A stretch of 64,000 nt of DNA from NCBI GenBank assembly GCA_020137815.1, contig CM035351.1, positions 9,672,001 through 9,736,000 of the forward strand, given 5' to 3'. The notes below the pieces were generated by a model. The model did no database searches. It had not been told where the DNA came from and was given only the letters and a program-made list of their open reading frames with translations. Shown piece by piece: positions 1-11,960 of the stretch. This DNA is from Hormiphora californensis (Eukaryota > Animalia > Ctenophora). Every line of letters starts with the position of its first letter. Within the stretch, counting starts at the first letter, position 1. A program made the translations under genes and the position numbers.

Positions 1-25
1 TAACCCACCGCCCCTCTACTATAGG

Positions 26-436
26 ATGGGTAGGATAATTAAGCCGGGCAAGATCGTCCTTGTTTTGAATGGCAGGAACGCAGGCAGGAAGGCCGTGATC
101 ATCTCCAATCAGGACGAGGGAGCTGGAGACCGACAGTACGGACATGCCCTTGTAGTTGGCATTGAGAGGAACCCCAAACCCATTACCAAGAGCATGGGAA
201 AGAAGAAGCAGAACAAGAGGAACAAACTGAAGCCCTTCGTCAAGGTGTACAACTGTAACCACCTCATGCCCACTCGATACGTCCTGGACCTCCCTGTTGA
301 CAAGGAAATCTTCAACAAGAACGCCATCAAGGACCCCGCTCAGAAGAGGAAAGCCCTCGCCGCAGTTAAGACAAAGCTGGAGGAGAAGTACAAGACCGGC
401 AAGACGAGATGGTTCTTCCAGAAACTGAGAATTTAA
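26..436 (+). CDS. RPL27: 60S ribosomal protein L27 (eL27), intronless
   Basis: 136-aa ORF with KOW-type N-terminus ([20 protein letters not shown]), [18 protein letters not shown] and C-terminal WFFQKLRI, all typical of eL27. Confidence 0.97.
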   Translation: MGRIIKPGKIVLVLNGRNAGRKAVIISNQDEGAGDRQYGHALVVGIERNPKPITKSMGKKKQNKRNKLKPFVKVYNCNHLMPTRYVLDLPVDKEIFNKNAIKDPAQKRKALAAVKTKLEEKYKTGKTRWFFQKLRI

Positions 437-539
437 AAAATTTTATCCTCGTTTTTTATTTATCAGGAAAGCTATCGTCGTTTCATTTTCAAGTAAAAAC
501 CTCCCCTTTCCTAACCGTTATCCCTCCTTTGTAGCTGCG

Positions 540-782
540 ATGCAGAACGACAAGGGTGAGATTGTTGACCTATACATCCCAAGGAAATGTTCCATCACCA
601 ACAGGATCATCAGCGCTAAGGACCACGCCTCTGTTCAGATTAATATCGGAGAGCTTGACAATAACGGTGTCCTCACAGGCAAGAACTTCACCTTCGCCAG
701 TTGCGGCTTCGTCAGAGAAATGGGAGAGGCTGATGACTCCTTCAACAAGCTTTGCCTTGATGCCAAGATCCTGAATTTCTGA
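540..782 (+). CDS. RPS21: 40S ribosomal protein S21 (eS21), intronless
   Basis: 80-aa ORF beginning [35 protein letters not shown], with REMGEADDS near the end. Confidence 0.97.
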   Translation: MQNDKGEIVDLYIPRKCSITNRIISAKDHASVQINIGELDNNGVLTGKNFTFASCGFVREMGEADDSFNKLCLDAKILNF

Positions 783-884
783 ACAGACACTGATTTTTAG
801 TGATCTTTTTATTTTTATCTGATGAGATTTTGTGTTTCCATTTGTTCACCAAATGTGGTCTGAGGTTCCACTTATTTAGGATGG

Positions 885-2069
885 ATGGTAACGGTGGATA
901 AGTGGCAGCTGGTTGCGGTGTGTATGTTGGTGGCAACCCTCCTGTGCCCAATTCTAAAACGAGGCATTTCGGGAATGGCGTGCAAACAGAACTGGTCCTT
1001 TCTAGGTCAGACAGACGCACAAAATCTTGACCTGGAACTGTTCAATGAATACCAGTACTCACTCGATCAACTGGTAGAATTGGCAGGTATGGCCGTTCTA
1101 CTTCTTATCTTGGTGGTCGGTCTCTGTTTCTGTCTTCGCTCGGGGGGGGGGGGGGGGGGGGGGGGGGGCGACATGTTAATTGTTAATAAATCACCTCTTT
1201 TTTTCGATTTTGTTAATTAACGTTAATTAACAAAATTAACAAAATTAACAAATGCTAAAAACTGTTCTTATTGGTTGATAATACGATTTTAACTGGTTCA
1301 ATTTTATAGTTTAATGACTTACCTAACACATATACACCCAAACAAGGCCTTTTCCTATAACCAAGGTCCGACAATACAGCTTTTTTGGCTCAAAATCGAT
1401 AAAAATCCAAAAGTTGCAAATATTTCAATTTAGCGTATAAACACTCACTTAAACGTAATTTTTTTCATTTGTATTCGATTCTTTGGACTTAATAAGATGA
1501 TATACAACGTTTCTGTTGAAAAAAGAAATAAAATTTTTCCAAAATCAATTTTTTGGTCAAAGATTGAAAATTTGCTTCGGTACAAATCCTTGTGTTTTTT
1601 TAGAAAAATAGATTTTTTGGGATGTTTTTCGTTTTAAGGTAAATTCATGAGTCCTATTTAGTTTTAAGGGTTGGAAAATGTGGATTAGGGTCATTTGACT
1701 TCAATTGCGGTTTAGTTTGGCTAGTTTTTATTAAAATTTACACAATTGAACAAATCGCTGTAAAAAAGCCGTAGTAGAGGTAGTGGTGGTATGTAATTCG
1801 TGCAGATGGACCAACTTTGCTTGCAGAACAAGTGTTAAATACCAAAAACACGTGCTAAAGGGGATTTAGATCGCATAAATGGCATTTGTTAACGTTTGTT
1901 AACGTGTGTAGAGTGCGGTAATAAAGCACACTGTTTTCGATGTAATATTAGAGCAGGATAACAAAGATGTAACAGTGAGCCCCACTCTAGAGAGTCAGGG
2001 GAAAGAAAGAGTGAGAGCAGAGCTAAGGAGTGGAGAGAGATGGAGAGATAGAGAGAGCGACGTAGAGAG

Positions 2070-2158
<89 letters not shown>

Positions 2159-2411
2159 AGAGAGAGGAGAAGAGAGAGAGCAGAGAGAAGGGAAGAGCGG
2201 AGAGAGAGAGAGAGAGGAGAGAGGAGATGAGACGATAGAGCTCATCTTAATTGCAGAGACACTGAGGCTGTCTCCGCCGGTTTTATAGACCAAGCCTAGA
2301 GAGACGTCTAAAACCTCATCTCTCTCTGTCTCTCCTCTCTCTCTCTCTCCTCTCTCTCCTCTTCTATCTCTCTCGCTCTCTCTCTCTCTCCTCCTCTCTC
2401 TCTCTCTCTCG

Positions 2412-2488
<77 letters not shown>

Positions 2489-4209
2489 CCTCTCTCCCCC
2501 TCTCTTTCTTTCGTGCTATCTTCTTCTCTCCCTCTCCTCTGTTTCTGTTTATCTTGCTCTCTCTCTCTCTGTCTTGCTGACATGTTCTCACTATGCCGAT
2601 GCGGGCAGTGCAGTGAGACCACTATCTCAGTCCCTCTCGGTCTGTCTGGGGGCGTCGATCCGATATGAACGCACTGCACTGCCAATTAAAACGGGGTCTG
2701 GCGGTCCCACACCTGTCAGTACATTGGCCTAACCCGGCCCTGTTCTCATGTCGAGCAAAAATATCGGTGAAGTCTCATAATCTGAGTGCGCTCAGATCGG
2801 GTCAGCGCCGGTGCTGTATGGTGGCGCCATACCCCATTTGATTCTCAAATTCTCAGGTGGAGTCGCGGCGCCAGACAGAAACAGAGAGAATGCACAATAC
2901 ACAGCTATCTCTGATTGAAATTAAAATCCCCTCTCATCTGCAGGTCTGGCGGTAGCGACATCCGTTTCCAAGTCCTATCCTAAACGAGGTCCAGTATTGG
3001 TAGTATGTGGTCCCGGCAATAATGGTGCTGATGGACTGGTCGCTGCCAGGCATCTCGTCCAATTTGGGTATCAGCCAAATATTGTGTATCCTAAGCAGCC
3101 CACAAAGGATCCTTACCCTCGATTACTACACCAGGTTTCACCTTGTTGAGTAGGGACTAGGGGCCGGTCCACTCAATTCCCTTACTCAACAAGTCTCACT
3201 CGTTTCAAACACCGAATCATATAGTATAACACGGTCGCTTGTAGTGGGAAAACGGTAATGGAAAACGAAAGATACAGTAAGACGACGCGCAACCGTGACC
3301 AATCAGGGCGCTAGTACGTGCTGACACATGAACTTTTTGCCACGCGTTATGCACCGTGCGCGTCTCCTTACTGTATTTTCATTACGGTAATTTGACTACA
3401 AGCAGCACTGTAAGATAAGCTAAACTTATACACTCACTCTTCACATTTCCTACTTCCAGGCGCGAGGAATGAAGATACCTGTGGGGACGGAGTTACCACC
3501 CGACCTATCTTCCTATGTCTGTATTCTGGACGCCGTTTTTGGATTCAGTTTCAAAGGTTCTATTCGTCCCCCATTTGATACAATAATACCGAGTCTAGCC
3601 TCCTCTCCTGTTCCTGTCGCCAGCATCGATGTACCGTCAGGTTGGTCGGGGGTTGGTCCTTGTTATAACCCTCCTTTACAATTGCCGTTGCGTGGCGCAC
3701 TGTCTGGCGCCTCATACCCCATCTCACATCTGAGCGCACTGTCGCTGAGAATCAAATCGGGGTCTGGCGCAGAGAGCTGTCAGAGCATTGCATTGGCCTG
3801 ACCCTATACTCATTTCTCTGACAGGCAGAGAGAAGGGCCGGGTCGAACAAGGAAAGCTGGTTCTTTTAGGAGCCAGTTCAAAGTTGCCTGTCTGGCGCCG
3901 CCAGACCTTGTTTTGATTCTCAGTGCGCTCAGATCGGGTCAGCGCCGCCAGAAAGGAAGGTCTGTTATCGTGTTGTCAATGCATCATATCCCTGCAGGCT
4001 GGAATGTTGAGAGTGGACCTGGAGAAGGAGCAGCCCTGCACCCAGACGTCCTGATCTCTCTAACTGCCCCAAAACTCTGCTCCAAAGAGTTTAAAGGTCG
4101 ACTGCACTGGCTAGGGGGTCGGTTTGTGCCTCCTGATATTAGAAACAAGTACAATCTCACTCTCCCCGACTACCCTGACACCGATCAAGTTGTTCTTTTG
4201 AAGGATTGA
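885..4209 (+). CDS. NAXE: NAD(P)H-hydrate epimerase (YjeF_N family, NAXE/AIBP), 4 exons
   Basis: Exons 885-1086, 2944-3134, 3460-3640 and 3998-4209 join in frame through GT-AG introns. Motifs: [70 protein letters not shown]. Confidence 0.93.
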
Positions 4210-4451
4210 TGGAGTGATCTTCCTCTGGAAACTGTTGTTGTGTTTTTAAAAATGGGTATCGCTGTAACATGGCCTGCTTTTATTCTACACTTGGTATCAC
4301 GGCTTCGGGCTTGGTAACGAAATTACCCCCACCTTGCAGGCACACTAAAACGTGTCTTACTACCTAGAGGGATGCCTCTATGAGGGGTAATTTCGTTACC
4401 AACTATATTCTAGATTGTGTTGTGTTAAAAAAAATCCCATTTGTTAGCAAG

Positions 4452-7400
4452 ATGAGCCTGATGTGATCAGTACAAATGTGTACAAGATAAAGAGGGATAC
4501 AAGATAAAGAGGGATAGAAGATGCTACCAAAGAAGTGGGATGATGTAGTTAAGTTGTGGAATGTGGCACCAAACAAACCCATCCTTTGTCAAGGTACTGT
4601 TCCGACTTGGAATCCAACTTGTTATTATAAACGTACTAGTTACTAGTTACTAACAACTCTACTACGTTGCTCCGGCGGAGTGGCGGGTGTGCCAGGGCAT
4701 CCTTATTAGCTGTCAGGCCAATGCTCTGACCACAGTTCTCGTGAAAATAGGGTCAGGCCAATGCTCTGACAGCTTCTAAGGGTGTTCAGTGCGGCCGTTG
4801 CTACCTTCGCAAACCTCTTCTACCACAGGAGTTACTGGGAGGGTATGGGCCAGGTAAAATACAGAGCTACATGACCAAGGAGATACTGAAGTTCCTAGTG
4901 GGTCAAGTGAAGAAGGGAGAAAATGTTGAGGATGCTGTTGCTATTGTGACTCCTGGTAAGTAGAGAGGAAGGTAACAAGATGTGTGACCCTGGTAAGTAG
5001 GGAGGAAGGTAACAAGATGTGTGACCCTGGTAAGTAGGGAGGAAGGTAACAAGATGTGTGAGCCTGGTAAGTAGGGAGGAAGGTAACAAGATGTGTGACC
5101 CTGGTAAGTAGGGAGGAAGGTAACAAGATGTGTGACCCCAACTATTTCACCAGGTTGTTACTGTCATGTCGGATGATACGGGAGTCATGGATTATCTAAC
5201 AAAGCTAGCACCTCACTTCATGGTGTCTATAGATACAGAAACTCATCTCGTTGCCATGGGTACTGCACTTTACCCCCCTGTAAAATCAGCTGGTCCCAAT
5301 AAAGCTAACAACAACATTGTAACCTCTCTGTTGCGTGCCGTTGCCAAATTGAAGCCGGTGAGTGACTGAAGAACTTTGATACATGTAACATACATTGTAA
5401 GTAACATGAATGTAACATTGTTAACATTGCTATTTAATATCACCAGGACCCGCTGAAATCATGAGTTAAAAGTAAGGGCGTTCATGTTGACACTCCAGTA
5501 CCTTCCACTGTGTGTTGAATGTAAAGCATTCTCCTCTGTACCGGTGAATGCTGGGGTGATACTGAGAAACATGGCTCCCGAACAATACACTCAGTATCAC
5601 GGACAACTCTGGGATTGTGTTGACTTGGTGTCTACAGACAGGCGATCATACCAGGCTACCAGACATTTTATTTCCCCTTCTCTCTGTCGGTAAGGAAACA
5701 GGAATCTATTATGACAGTCCAGGGAGACATTGTTAACATTTCTCCCTCCCAGGTATGGAGCGGTTAGACCAAGACAGGGTCTCAAGAGTGCTCCAATCAT
5801 ACACAGATACCCTTTCAAATCACTCACTCCGCAAACTGTTTGCTCTGGTTGCACATATTACTGCTGGGTTTGGTTCATGATAATCCATGGAAAGTGTCCA
5901 ATCTTGATGACATACCAGTACCTGATGGTAAGGGATAATGTTACCCACTTTTAACCTGAATACCATGAATATAATATGTTTTCAGTTGTTCTGGAGGTGT
6001 TCGATAACGACAATAAAGATGTTCTCTTTGTAGTTCTACCTGTCTGTCAGTACTTGGCTGAGCTATTCCTTCACAATGATATCCCACTACACTTCCTACC
6101 TCTTTGTGAACAGGTAAGGATTGTCATAATGTCATGGGGGTTATCTGCCCCAGTCTCCTCTCACTGTGTATCATGGGGGAGTTTAAAGTAGTGTTGAAAA
6201 AGTTTGAAACTCCTCTCACTTCACAGGTGTGCAGACTACTTCTCCGAGCCCCAAAACCAGAGACTAGATCACAGTGTGGTACTCTTCTAGCTCACATCCG
6301 TAGTTCTATTGACCCTGGAAGTATCGAGGAAGTGTTCGATAACTACACATCTCTATTACTCCTATCCATTTCCTTCTTTACCAAGTGTCGCCCTGATGCC
6401 AGGGTTATAGAGGCCTTTGTCTCTCACATTCTCAATGCTTCAAAACACGTGGAGGACGTTAGCAAGAGGATCAACCTACTAGATGTGGGTACTAAGTTGC
6501 CTGGCGAGTACCCTCAGTGTGAGGAACTCCTGGTAACGCTTTGTCGACTCCTCAGAACACAAGGGTGAGTACAGCTGGGTGAGTAATACAGCTGGGTGAG
6601 TATTATTACAGCTGGGTGAGTATTATTACAGCTGGGTGAGTATTATTACAGCTGGGTGAGTATTATTACAGCTGGGTGAGTATTATTACAGCTGGATGAG
6701 TATTATTACAGCTGGGTGAGTATTATTACAGCTGGGTGAGTATTATTACAGCTGGATGAGTATTATTACAGCTGGGTGAGTATTATTACAGCTGGGTGAG
6801 TATTATTACAGCTGGATGAGTATTATTACAGCTGGGTGAGTATTATTACAGCTGGGTGAGTATTATTACAGCTGGGTGAGTATTATTACAGCTGGGTGAG
6901 TAATACAGCTGGGTGAGTATTATTACAGCTGGGTGAGTATTATTACAGCTGGGTGAGTATTATTACAGCTGGGTGAGTATTATTACAGCTGGGTGAGTAT
7001 TATTACAGCTGGGTGAGTATTATTACAGCTGGGTGAGTATTATTACAGCTGGGTGAGTATTACAACTGCATAGTGTTTAGTGTCTGACTCCACATCTATC
7101 TCTAACCAGGCACGTGGGTGAAGCAATCTCCGTAATAACTGGAAACCACGAGAGTAGTGCAGAGCTAACTATAGAGCTGGTGTACTGCCACATAACTAAA
7201 CTAGACACCACACTCGCCATACAACTACTGGATGGGTTAGTACAGTGTATTATCAGTGTTTTTATAGTGGTGTATTACCAGCATATGGTGGTGGGTTAGT
7301 ACAGTGTATTACCAGCATATGGTTCACCCAGGAATGTTCACCTATAACTCATTCCTTGTCTCATATCAGCCTGACAACTCTCTCCCAGGATAACGAAATG

Positions 7401-10400
7401 TGATGACGTGGTGTCAGGAGTTGTCTTTGTATTACGGGCATATTGCCAACTTGTCACCTCGATTAAACAAAATCAGACAGAGTTTACCCTCCCTGAGGCT
7501 AGCCTGTTTATCATGGTGAGTCCTTACACCAGGTGTGCCCCATCAATTACACATATGTCCCCTATCGCTCATTTTCATTCCTGAATCTCGGTAGGCGATG
7601 AATGGTTATCGAAATATGACAAGTTGTAATTACAATTATTGTTTTCAGGCGGTAAGACCGATATTGTCCTGCCCTCCGTCTGAAGACTGCTTGCTCAGTA
7701 TTGTGCAGTTCCTGGCTGGATTGTATGGTTTGGATGGTATCGTGGATCAAGTGGTTAGGCACATCTCCCCTACCCCTGATAACACAACCACCATACTCGC
7801 CTCCCTCCCCTACCTCACCTCGCCCCTCCAACACACCCAGCAGCTGATAACTAGGAAGGTGGAGGGAGATAAACAGCTCCAGTGTAGACACAACATGAGC
7901 CAATCAGCACACTACTTGGAACTCCTAGATAGCAAGCTAGGTGGTGGAGAGGAAGTGTACACAGAGAGTGAGATGTGCACTACTGCAGCACTCAATGCTG
8001 CTTTCACATCCCTAAAGAGTTGGAAGAGAACTCATATGTCTAGTCGTGCCCTATTTTGGAGGAATTGTAACGTGATACCTTACCTCTTCCGGATCATATC
8101 GCGATACGTGAACCTCCTCTACTTGTGGGGTAGTGTACACGAGACCCTATCTCATCTAGAAAGGTTCTACCAACTTACTAAGTTCAGTCACTCTCCCTAC
8201 TGGATAAGAAGGTATCACCATCTCTCAGCGCTAGTAAAAATAACTTTGCAGCGGAATCCTCCTGATCTTCCTCTCTGTGTGACTACCACGACAAACTCCC
8301 GGTGCCAATATCTCCAGGAGCTACATCAGCAAGAGCGCTTTATAGCAGCAGAGAACAAAATACTAAACTCTGCCATTGAAGGATCCAAGATATATCCCGT
8401 CTTCTCATCCTCGATGTCGCCTAGAAACGTTGCACATTTAGTAACTTTGCAACTAACGTTACTATGGAAACATGGGGAACCGTCATCTGAGACAATTGCT
8501 GAATACCTTGCCCTCCTCTCTTCTCCTGTCCCACTGCCTGAGCTGGACAGGTTATCACGATCCTGGAGCGCTCTGTTAATGACATACCAAACAGCCGGTC
8601 CCACGACTAGGACGGGAAGGAAAACCCGGAGAACAGCAGCCCGTCACCCAGTGGATGTGGGGCTAGAAGCATGCCAGGGGTTACAGCCCGTCTTTGTACG
8701 GAGAGAGTTGCTGAAAAGAAAACCAGATGCGGATTGGTCTACATTGGACGATTACCACAATGCACCTTATGTCCATTCCCTGATACAGCTGGTAGGGGAT
8801 GATCCGCCTACTGAGTTTCCTGAACCCTGGACCGTGTGTAGCATTACGATGGAGAAGGATAGGGTAGTAATCGGACAGAGAACCATCAATCACGAGGTCC
8901 TATTCAAGAGAGACCTACCATTTACACTACGAACCCAGGTACATGTCTGCCCGGGGTCTGTCCCCATGACTAAAAATAATTAACATTCAGCCTGTTACTA
9001 GCTCTGACAATATTTCAGGGTGTTGGGGACACTAACACTTCTTGTATAGACGACATGCGGCAGCTACTGGTACAGAATGACAACAGTATCACAACAGTGA
9101 AGGAGAAGGCAGAGTTTTGGGGGAGGAGGTTCTCACTGGATGATTCCTTGAAAAGTCTTCTTGGGAAGGCAGAGAGGTCGGTTCTAGGGCCCTGGAAAGG
9201 CCTGTTATTGGGGGCCCCTGTCGATGACGTGAGGAAGGAGGGACTGGGGAAACCTGCTGCTAAGTTGAAGAGGGAACTGAAAAGTAAACACAAGGTAAAG
9301 TAGTATGGGTTGTTGTTCTTTGATACATTACATCATTTTGCCTTGCTCGACCCAGTCTCACAAATGTAGAGGAGGGTAAGAACACCTTTCTGATCAACAC
9401 AATATGTTTCAGGTTGATGTTACTACCTTTCTCTGCCAGTATTTACTAGAGCACTACTCAATACTTACTAAAGAGGAGGTACTGGAGTTAGTACCGGGCC
9501 TCACCCCCCTCACCCTAGAGTTGATAGAGAGCCTGTCCGCTCCTCCCCCTACCAATAGGCATCCAGTGCTTCTCTGCCTCGATGAGACATCCGATATCAT
9601 ACCCTGGGAAGCTTGCTCCGTATACAAAACACAGCCCATAAGCAGGATACCAAGTGTCTCATTTGCACTGAGTCTTAGAAAGGTAGGCAGTGTTATGATA
9701 TACAAGGAGTTTCCTTGCTCAACCTTACCCCTTTTCAAAGGGCTAAACAATGATTATCTGAATACTGGCCAATACAACCCCTAATTACTTGACATGTTCC
9801 CAGTCTGTCGGCTCTCAATGCCCGAATGGACAGACTACGTAGCATGGCAACTAATAACAAACCCTATAATTCCAGTTAAGGTCAGTTCCGGTGAAATTAA
9901 AATCTGAGGACACATTCTACATATTGGACCCACAAGAGAATCTACCTAAAACACAGGAGTTTTTTAAAGATTGGTTATCTAAGCAAGAGGGATGGAAGGG
10001 CGTTGCAAGTAAACCCCCGACAATCTCTGAGTATACTGCCGCACTAAACTCTGACTTGTTCGTGTATTTAGGACATGGATCAGGCAAAGAGTTTCTAGGA
10101 GGTACGTTTTGATGCACTGATCTAGGAGGTACGTTTTGATGCACTGATCTAGGAGGTACGTTTTGATGTACTGATCTAGGAGGTACGTTTTGATGTACTG
10201 ATCTAGGAGGTACGTTTTGATGCACTGATCTAGGAGGTACGTTTTGATGTACTGATCTAGGAGGTACGTTTTGATGTACTGATCTAGGAGGTACGTTTTG
10301 ATGTACTGATCTAGGAGGTACGTTTTGATGTACTGATCTAGGAGGTACGTTTTGATGCACTGATCTAGGAGGTACGTTTTGATGTACTGATCTAGGAGGT

Positions 10401-11590
10401 ACGTTTTGATGTACTGATCTAGGAGGTACGTTTTGATGCACTGATCTAGGAGGTACGTTTTGATGTACTGATCTAGGAGGTACGTTTTGATGTACTGATC
10501 TAGGAGGTACGTTTTGATGCACTGATCTAGGAGGTACGTTTTGATGTACTGATCTAGGAGGTACGTTTTGATGTACTGATCTAGGAGGTACGTTTTGATG
10601 CACTGATCTAGGAGGTACGTTTTGATGTACTGATCTAGGAGGTACGTTTTGATGTACTGATCTAGGAGGTACGTTTTGATGTACTGATCTAGGAGGTACG
10701 TTTTGATGTACTGATCTAGGAGGTACGTTTTGATGCACTGATCTAGGAGGTACGTTTTGATGTACTGATCTAGGAGGTACGTTTTGATGTACTGATCTAG
10801 GAGGTACGTTTTGATGCACTGATCTAGGAGGTACGTTTTGATGTACTGATCTAGGAGGTACGTTTTGATGTACTGATCTAGGAGGTACGTTTTGATGCAC
10901 TGATCTAGGAGGTACGTTTTGATGCGCTGATCTAGGAGGTACGTTTTGATGCACTGATCTAGGAGGTACGTTTTGATGTACAGATCTAGGAGGTACGTTT
11001 TGATGCACTGATCTAGGAGGTACGTTTTGATGTACTGATCTAGGAGGTACGTTTTGATGTACTGATCTAGGAGGTACGTTTTGATGTACTGATCTAGGAG
11101 GTACGTTTTGATGTACTGATCTAGGAGGTACGTTTTGATGTACTGATCTAGGAGGTACGTTTTGATGTACTGATCTAGGAGGTACGTTTTGATGTACTGA
11201 TCTATGAGGTACATCCACTATCTGATGACTGTATCAGTGATTCCTTCAGGTAAATCGGTGCAGGATCTTGGCGGGAGAGCAGTGGCCCTCCTTATGGGGT
11301 GCTGCAGCGGCAGATTGAAGAGCACTCACATGGGATACACAGGGACCGCCATGGACTATCTCTTGTCGGGTTGTCCTGCTGTCGTTGGATACCTTTGGAA
11401 TATAACCGATAGGGACTGTGATCGTTACACTAAGAAACTGTTAGATCTATGGCTGGAGAGGGGTAGTGATGTGTCCCTCCTTGCTCTGATGAATCCATCT
11501 CGAGGGGCATGTAAACTTCCCCATCTTGTCGGAGCTGCTCCTGTTTTATACGGGGTTCCAGATATTCTATGTGATAATACTGAACTTTAG
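4452..11590 (+). CDS. ESPL1: Separase (peptidase C50), about 13-14 exons; 5' end uncertain
   Basis: The C-terminal protease region is clear: FWGRRFSLD, LGPWKGLL, IPWEA, SRIPS, YILDPQENL, catalytic His (YLGHGSG), catalytic Cys (LMGCCSG), VGYLWNITDRDCD, GAAPVLYG. Approximate exons: 4829-4955, 5154-5357, ~5447-5689, 5753-5927, 5986-6113, 6227-6564, 7110-7235, 7370-7515, 7649-8938, 9019-9294, 9413-9682, 9876-10101, 11250-11590. Several N-terminal exons need 1-nt indel corrections. The start codon (4452, 4521 or 4561) is unresolved. Confidence 0.88.
4945..5139 (+). repeat. 37-bp intronic tandem repeat containing the 5' splice site, 5 copies
   Basis: Unit CCCTG|GTAAGTAGGGAGGAAGGTAACAAGATGTGTGA; GGTAAG occurs at 4955, 4992, 5029, 5066 and 5103. 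Confidence 0.95.
6563..7063 (+). repeat. 20-bp intronic tandem repeat containing the 5' splice site, about 25 copies
   Basis: Unit TATTATTACAGCTGG|GTGAG. Three copies spaced 60 bp apart carry ATGAG instead of GTGAG. Confidence 0.95.
10095..11214 (+). repeat. 27-bp intronic tandem repeat containing exon end plus 5' splice site, 41 copies plus 1 degenerate
   Basis: Unit CTAGGAG|GTACGTTTTGATG(T/C)ACTGAT. The first copy is the real exon/intron junction at 10101/10102. Confidence 0.97.
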
Positions 11591-11844
11591 AAATATATAT
11601 TTAAACATTTACCAGCTGGCATCTATTTTCTCCCCTCACGTAAACATGCTGTTTTTAGCGTCGGAAATCTGGAGGCTCACTCCAATGGGCACAAATGTGG
11701 ACAACCTCTTAGAAGGATCTATTTTTACAGGTCACACAAAGCAGCGGACAAATCCTGGATGATATTGGTGGTGGGTTGTCGTCTATGCGTGCTTAATGGG
11801 CTAACGAGCAAGATCAGAGGGAGAGAGAGGGAGGGAGGGAGAGA

Positions 11845-11912
<68 letters not shown>

Positions 11913-11913
11913 G

Positions 11914-11923
11914 TATATAAATA
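11914..11923 (+). promoter_or_regulatory. Putative TATA box of the secreted-peptide gene, just downstream of a (GT)n(GA)n tract
   Basis: TATATAAATA lies about 45 nt upstream of the ATG at 11961. Unlike neighbouring genes, this ATG has no pyrimidine-tract/AG acceptor in front of it. Confidence 0.5.
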
Positions 11924-11960
11924 AGTGATAGCTCTCTCTCCTGTCACAATCCCATACAAC

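Noticed and set aside
1142-1168. Poly-G runs (also ~29643, 47190, 56557, 62165) as functional G-quadruplexes
   Set aside because: Run lengths are unreliable in this assembly and several lie within TE ends.
1889-2685. RE/SL-rich ORFs here and at 40.5-41.2, 43.8-44.2, 46.1-46.5, 51.5, 54.1, 55.9 and 60.0 kb
   Set aside because: Translations of (GA)n/(CT)n and related microsatellites.
4829-7515. Frameshifts in N-terminal separase exons as pseudogenisation or programmed recoding
   Set aside because: The breaks I could localise are 1-nt indels at short runs, the catalytic region is intact and the window has other clear quality problems, so sequencing error is the simplest explanation.
9917-11218. 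433-aa and 411-aa minus-strand repeat ORFs (RSVHQNVPP / YLLDQYIKT)
   Set aside because: By-products of a 27-bp unit divisible by 3 lying inside a separase intron; there are no flanking gene signals.
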